A stretch of 64,000 bases of DNA from Candidatus Kapaibacterium sp. Lineage in GTDB: Bacteria > Bacteroidota > Ignavibacteria > Kapaibacteriales > UBA2268. The translations under genes and the position numbers were made by a program. The stretch spans positions 4,256,001 to 4,320,000 of the forward strand of contig OY762428.1 of NCBI GenBank assembly GCA_963665665.1. The letters are read 5' to 3'. How positions within the stretch are numbered: the first letter of the stretch is position 1; each line of letters opens with the position of its first letter. Below are positions 59,371 to 64,000 of this stretch, piece after piece. The notes below the pieces were generated by a model that made no database searches, had not been told where the DNA came from, and worked only from the letters and a program-made list of their open reading frames with translations.

Positions 59371-59403
59371 TTATTACCTCAATTATAATTTCAAATTTAT
59401 AGA

Positions 59404-62400
59404 TTAAAAACTGTTTACGCCGGTAATGGTGATTATATAATACTCAGGAGATGTATCAGCATCAACACTGAACTTGTATTGATCCCATTCTACTTCAGGA
59501 TCGTCCCATCTCAACATAAAGTTTTCATTAGGAACCGACTGAACTTGCGTTTTCGGCAGGTAGAATTTTATAGTAGCGTTTAGTCCGTCGGGACCTGATA
59601 ATTCCCAAAGAGATTCGGTAATTGCCTTTTCCAAAGTAAGTGGTAAAGTGGCAAATACCCTGGCTGCCAAAGTTTGTTGTGTTCCTCCTGACCAGGATAT
59701 TTGAATGAAAAAAGGGTTCCCTTTCACTCCGACAGGAAAGAAACAGGGGCTAGCATGACCCTGGAATTTGAGCATGCCTTCACCGCGGGTACTAATTATT
59801 CCGCTGCCGTTAATTGTACCAATAAGTACCAGGTCTTCATCACCTATGGTGATATTATAATTATTAAGATTCAGATTTTCACTTGTTGTTACTCCGTTGG
59901 TATGAATCGTACCACCGTTGTTGATAACAGCCAAAGCATCTGTCAGGTTGTCGAAGCAATCAACAAGCCATGTATGGCCGTCGTTGCCGCATGATGAACA
60001 ATAATTTTCGCTGACCCATAACTCGCCTCTTTTCTCGGGGGTTATTATCAGTGAGGGAACTGTGCCGTCAGTTTTGTAATCGATGTTTGATCCTGAATTT
60101 GTGTATGGGAATATTTTGAAATAATATGTCTGTCCCACTGTCAGGTTGATCAACTGTTGCGATTGAATTCCCTGGGCAACGTTAAAATTCAGGCCGTTTG
60201 TTGTTATCGGCGTTCTGTCAGCCGGATCAGTAATATCAGCAAGGCTTACAGTACTTCCGCGAATCAGGTAGCCATGAGGCAGGGTTCCGCCCGTAGCATC
60301 AGTCCAGGTTAGATTAAAATTTTTATAATTAACAAATTCAGAGTTGAAATTTGATACATGGTATGAAGGTTCTGGGTATATTGTCACTCCCTGGGCAGTT
60401 TCAGCCCCGCTTGTTTGGTAATTGTAAGTTTCGCTGTCAGAATTATTCCATGTGTATGGAATAAGCATATAATTGTATGTTGTATTTCCTGACAGGCCGT
60501 TATCAGTATAAGTAGTAGCTCCCTCGGCTATTGTTGAGGAAACCAGAGTAGTATTAGCTCCTGCAGCAGGAGCAAGTCCGTCTGATGCGGCAAATACCGG
60601 TATATTGGGGCTTGTTGCTCTGATCAATACATATCCTTTTGCAGTTGCTCCGCTAAGAGGCCACGCCGGAGCTGTCCAGCTCATTGATACCGATGAAGCA
60701 GTTGCTGCGTACTGGTCAAGGCCTGTTGTTGCAGGCGGTTCTGATGAGTAGGTTCTGAAATCAATTGTACTGCCGTAGCTGTTTCCTGCCGAGTTGTGGC
60801 CGTAAGCCCTGGCATTGTACCTTGTTTCAGCAGTCAGCGCTGTCAGGTTTCTTGTGAAAGATCCTGTTCCAAAGTCTCCAGTTTCATCTACCTTAGTTAC
60901 ATTGGCTCCACCAATTATCTTGTCAGTATTAGTATATGGATAATAAATAATGCCTCTCTCTGAACAATTTTCTCCTCCTGTAGCTGTAATATTGCCATTT
61001 CCAGTAGCAGATGTTGTTCCTATGGAACTAACTGCCTGCGTTGTTACTGTGGGAATTGTCGGATCTGTTCCGCTTGTCCATTCATAAGCCCCCATGTCTA
61101 TTGTTTTATTCTGGATACGGTCTTCGCCTCGCATATCCTTTAATACAACAACGTTAGGAGCTGCGACATAAGCATTATTCCCTGTATTGACACAGGGAGA
61201 AGAGCCATATAAAGTGAAATCATTATTTGCCGGATCAACGAATTTTGGATTCTCTGTAATATTATTGTTAGTAGCTGTGAAAGTACCGTTATTAAAAATA
61301 TCATTATTTTCATTGGAATAACAGGAATAATCTAATGTTGTTGTTCCATCAAATATATACATCTGATTGCCGGAAATTGATGCACTGTTTCCCCATATAA
61401 TTGAGTTTTTTATCGTAGGAGTTGATGAACCATCATTGAAAATTCCACCGCCTCTAAATGATGCACTATTATAACTTATTGTGCAATTGGTGAGTTCCGG
61501 TGATGATGCTAAATTAAAAATACCACCGCCGTCAACAGCGCTATTATTACTGATTTTACAATTAATGAGCGATGGTGACGATGAATAGTTATACAATCCG
61601 CCACCATCAGATGATCCTCCACCCTCTAATGATGCACTATTGTTACTTATCGTGCAATTGGTGAGCGATGGTGATGATGAATAGTTATACATTCCACCAC
61701 CATTAGAATGTGGTGAAACACCATCAGCTTTCCCACCCGTAATAGTAAATCCATCGAGAACTGCGGAACCGGTAAGGTTTAACCCGGAAGGATGATAAAA
61801 GACGTGATAGCAGTTATCTGAATTATCACCAATATTTCCAATATCCCCACTCAATATAGTTTCGTTTGCTTCAAAATCCCTATCATCAAGATCGAAAGTT
61901 GCTGTATCTTCGTTACCTTCAAAGCCACCGTATATAGCCACTCCGTCTTTCATCTGGAAAGTTTTATACCTATCTCCAGTTCCACCGACTTCTGTTTCTG
62001 GCTTATATGTTCCGGCGGCGACCCAAATCTCGTCTCCGGAAGTCGAAGCTTCGAGCGCGTCCTGAAGATCTTCGTACGCGTTGGTCCAGGAAAACCCGGA
62101 ATTAGCTCCGGATGCGTCGGCGTCTACGTAAATTATTCCTCTGGCGACTCCGCCTTCGTATGAGCCCATATCAATCGTTCCGCCTTGAATCCTTGCGTTT
62201 CCCGCAATGTCGTAAGTTTCGGAATTGGCCGAATTATCGCCGGAATTGAGACAGGGTGAACCGTTGTATAATCTGAAATCGCCGCTTGTCGTAGGCGCGT
62301 CCGCCGGGTCGACAGGATCGACAAAAAAAGGATTTTGATCAATATTGTCGGTATATGTTATCGAATTTCCGCCGTCGTCGCCGAAGGCCGCCCTTCCTCC

Positions 62401-64000
62401 CTGGATATCGCAATAGCTAAATATAGGCGAGGAAGAAGTATTGTAAACCTGGTTTCCTGAAACGCTTGCGGAATTGTTCCATATAACGCTGTTCTTAATT
62501 GTAGGCGAGCAGTTATCTATTATTAATCCGCCGCCGTCGGCGGCTCTATTACCGGAGAAAGTGCAGTTTACTACATTAGAATTGTTCTCGCATATACGCA
62601 AGGCTCCGCCTTTCTCATCGGCAGCGTTCCCGGAGAAAACGCAATTAGTAAATGTCCCCGGATTGCCGTAAATACTTAAAGCTCCGCCGTTCTTAGCGCT
62701 ATTATCTGCGAAGTAACTGTTTGTTATTGCAGGCGTACAATAAATCACATACATGCCTCCGCCATAATCAGAAGCCGAGTTCCCTGAAATGTGACAGTTT
62801 TCAATTACAGGCGAATTTCCTCTAAAAATATATACTCCTCCGCCAAATTTTTCGTAGCCATTGCTACCGGTTGCGCTCCCGTCTTTGATCGAAAATCCGT
62901 CCAGGCGCGTATCAGAATTGGTCTGGTACATAAAAACGACATGATAAGCATTCTCGGAATTATCTCCTCCGGAATCGTCGTCTTGGTTCAAATCTCCGCT
63001 AAGAATAGTTTCGTTGGCTTCTCCGGCACCGTAATTCGCTCTTTGCGAGATTGCCGTTTCAGTTCCCACAAACCCGCCGTATACTTTAACGCCGGAGGGA
63101 ATTCTGAAGCTTTCATTTCTGGCGGTCGTCGAAGTCGTTCCGTTACTGATGGTCCAGCCTTGAGAGGGATGGTAAGTTCCCGAGGCTACCCAAATTTCGT
63201 CGCCGTCGGCGGCAATACCCAAGGCGGAATTTAAATTTGTTAACGCGTCGGCCCAGGAAGAGCCGTCGTTTGCGCCGCTTGCGTCCGCGTCGACGTAAAT
63301 TGTTCCTCTGGATACTCCCGATTCATAGGATCCCATATCCGGGTTCCCAATTCTGGAATCTCCTTCAATATCATCGGAAGGAGCGCCCGTCGAAGTTCCC
63401 GCGTTAACGCAGGGCGACCAGTTTAATATTCTGAAACATCCTGCGGTTGAAGGAGCCGAAGCGGGATCGAGAGGAAAGGCGAAAAACGGATCGGAATCGA
63501 TATTATTCGTATAAGTTATTGTATTTCCGCCGCCGTCGCCAAAGGCCGCTTGTCCTCCTTGAATATCGCAGTAATTGAAAGTAGGAGAAGAGTTGGAGTT
63601 ATATACGTTATTCCCGTCGCTGCCCGCAGAATTTCCCCAGATTATACAATTTTTGAAAACCGGCGAACAGTTCCATGAGTTTTGAACGCCGCCTCCGTTA
63701 AATTGGGCCCTGTTGCCTGATATTGTAGTATTAATTACGTTGGGAGACGACCATGTATCATTCATAATTCCCGATCCGTAGTAAGAATAATTTCCGCTTA
63801 TTGCGCAATTAGTTATATCGGGAGAGCAATAGGAGGAGTTATAAATCCCGGCATAATAATTCGCGTCGTTTCCTTTAATGACGCAATATGAAATAGTCGG
63901 CGAAGAGTTATCGTTGTTGTATATACCCGCCGCTCTGTAAGCATCGTTCTCTTTGATGAGACAATTTTTGATTACAGGAGAGCTATTATCCCTGTTGTAA
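59404..64000 (-). CDS. Giant surface protein: tandem parallel beta-helix (Pmp/choice-of-anchor Q-like) modules, FN3-like domains, C-terminal beta domain; 5' end beyond window
   Basis: Frame is open to the window end. Repeats IYVDADASGAN.G.SW..A...L..AL.....GDEIWVA.GTY, GGG.Y, SPC.N.G...D..G..RI...DMG.YE; PTVTT.AVSSI FN3-like; ends ITGVNSF. Confidence 0.9.
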   Translation of the reverse strand, partial: YNRDNSSPVIKNCLIKENDAYRAAGIYNNDNSSPTISYCVIKGNDANYYAGIYNSSYCSPDITNCAISGNYSYYGSGIMNDTWSSPNVINTTISGNRAQFNGGGVQNSWNCSPVFKNCIIWGNSAGSDGNNVYNSNSSPTFNYCDIQGGQAAFGDGGGNTITYTNNIDSDPFFAFPLDPASAPSTAGCFRILNWSPCVNAGTSTGAPSDDIEGDSRIGNPDMGSYESGVSRGTIYVDADASGANDGSSWADALTNLNSALGIAADGDEIWVASGTYHPSQGWTISNGTTSTTARNESFRIPSGVKVYGGFVGTETAISQRANYGAGEANETILSGDLNQDDDSGGDNSENAYHVVFMYQTNSDTRLDGFSIKDGSATGSNGYEKFGGGVYIFRGNSPVIENCHISGNSASDYGGGMYVIYCTPAITNSYFADNSAKNGGALSIYGNPGTFTNCVFSGNAADEKGGALRICENNSNVVNCTFSGNRAADGGGLIIDNCSPTIKNSVIWNNSASVSGNQVYNTSSSPIFSYCDIQGGRAAFGDDGGNSITYTDNIDQNPFFVDPVDPADAPTTSGDFRLYNGSPCLNSGDNSANSETYDIAGNARIQGGTIDMGSYEGGVARGIIYVDADASGANSGFSWTNAYEDLQDALEASTSGDEIWVAAGTYKPETEVGGTGDRYKTFQMKDGVAIYGGFEGNEDTATFDLDDRDFEANETILSGDIGNIGDNSDNCYHVFYHPSGLNLTGSAVLDGFTITGGKADGVSPHSNGGGMYNYSSSPSLTNCTISNNSASLEGGGSSDGGGLYNYSSSPSLINCKISNNSAVDGGGIFNLASSPELTNCTISYNSASFRGGGIFNDGSSTPTIKNSIIWGNSASISGNQMYIFDGTTTLDYSCYSNENNDIFNNGTFTATNNNITENPKFVDPANNDFTLYGSSPCVNTGNNAYVAAPNVVVLKDMRGEDRIQNKTIDMGAYEWTSGTDPTIPTVTTQAVSSIGTTSATGNGNITATGGENCSERGIIYYPYTNTDKIIGGANVTKVDETGDFGTGSFTRNLTALTAETRYNARAYGHNSAGNSYGSTIDFRTYSSEPPATTGLDQYAATASSVSMSWTAPAWPLSGATAKGYVLIRATSPNIPVFAASDGLAPAAGANTTLVSSTIAEGATTYTDNGLSGNTTYNYMLIPYTWNNSDSETYNYQTSGAETAQGVTIYPEPSYHVSNFNSEFVNYKNFNLTWTDATGGTLPHGYLIRGSTVSLADITDPADRTPITTNGLNFNVAQGIQSQQLINLTVGQTYYFKIFPYTNSGSNIDYKTDGTVPSLIITPEKRGELWVSENYCSSCGNDGHTWLVDCFDNLTDALAVINNGGTIHTNGVTTSENLNLNNYNITIGDEDLVLIGTINGSGIISTRGEGMLKFQGHASPCFFPVGVKGNPFFIQISWSGGTQQTLAARVFATLPLTLEKAITESLWELSGPDGLNATIKFYLPKTQVQSVPNENFMLRWDDPEVEWDQYKFSVDADTSPEYYIITITGVNSF

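Noticed and set aside
1-64000. CRISPR arrays, tRNA/rRNA genes, intact IS elements or integrases
   Set aside because: No regularly spaced repeats, cloverleaf/T-loop signatures, rRNA-like tracts or DDE/tyrosine recombinase ORFs recognised by eye

Overview
This is a 64-kb AT-rich chromosomal segment, most likely from an anaerobic FCB-group bacterium. Ca. Kapabacteria/Ignavibacteria-like is my inference from a T9SS-type C-terminal domain, an IPTL-CTERM protein, many small outer-membrane barrels and rubrerythrin. Positions 1-53 kb hold mostly housekeeping and envelope genes (rbr, htpG, lplA, fadD-like, acuI-like, addB-like, gpsA, coaD, hrcA, lipB/lipA, comF). Among them are two degenerate signalling proteins, a HEPN-MNT pair, an Rpn nuclease, a VIT-vWA-barrel fusion, and a CBS / REC-fused DASS transporter / REC / Cache-kinase operon with no DNA-binding output. 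Positions 53.4-58.8 kb are a scrambled accessory zone of orphan RHS toxin tips, candidate immunity genes, chimeric ORFs and a decayed TA-like triad. The window ends in a giant beta-helix surface protein. Its last domain stops at ...VNSF, exactly where a homologous domain in the next small gene continues ...VNEF-SVWGFF into an IPTL-CTERM anchor. This is the best candidate for an undescribed two-partner anchoring system. Two single-base frameshifts may be real or sequencing errors. I recognised no tRNA, rRNA or CRISPR array. All calls come from reading the sequence by eye; no searches were run.
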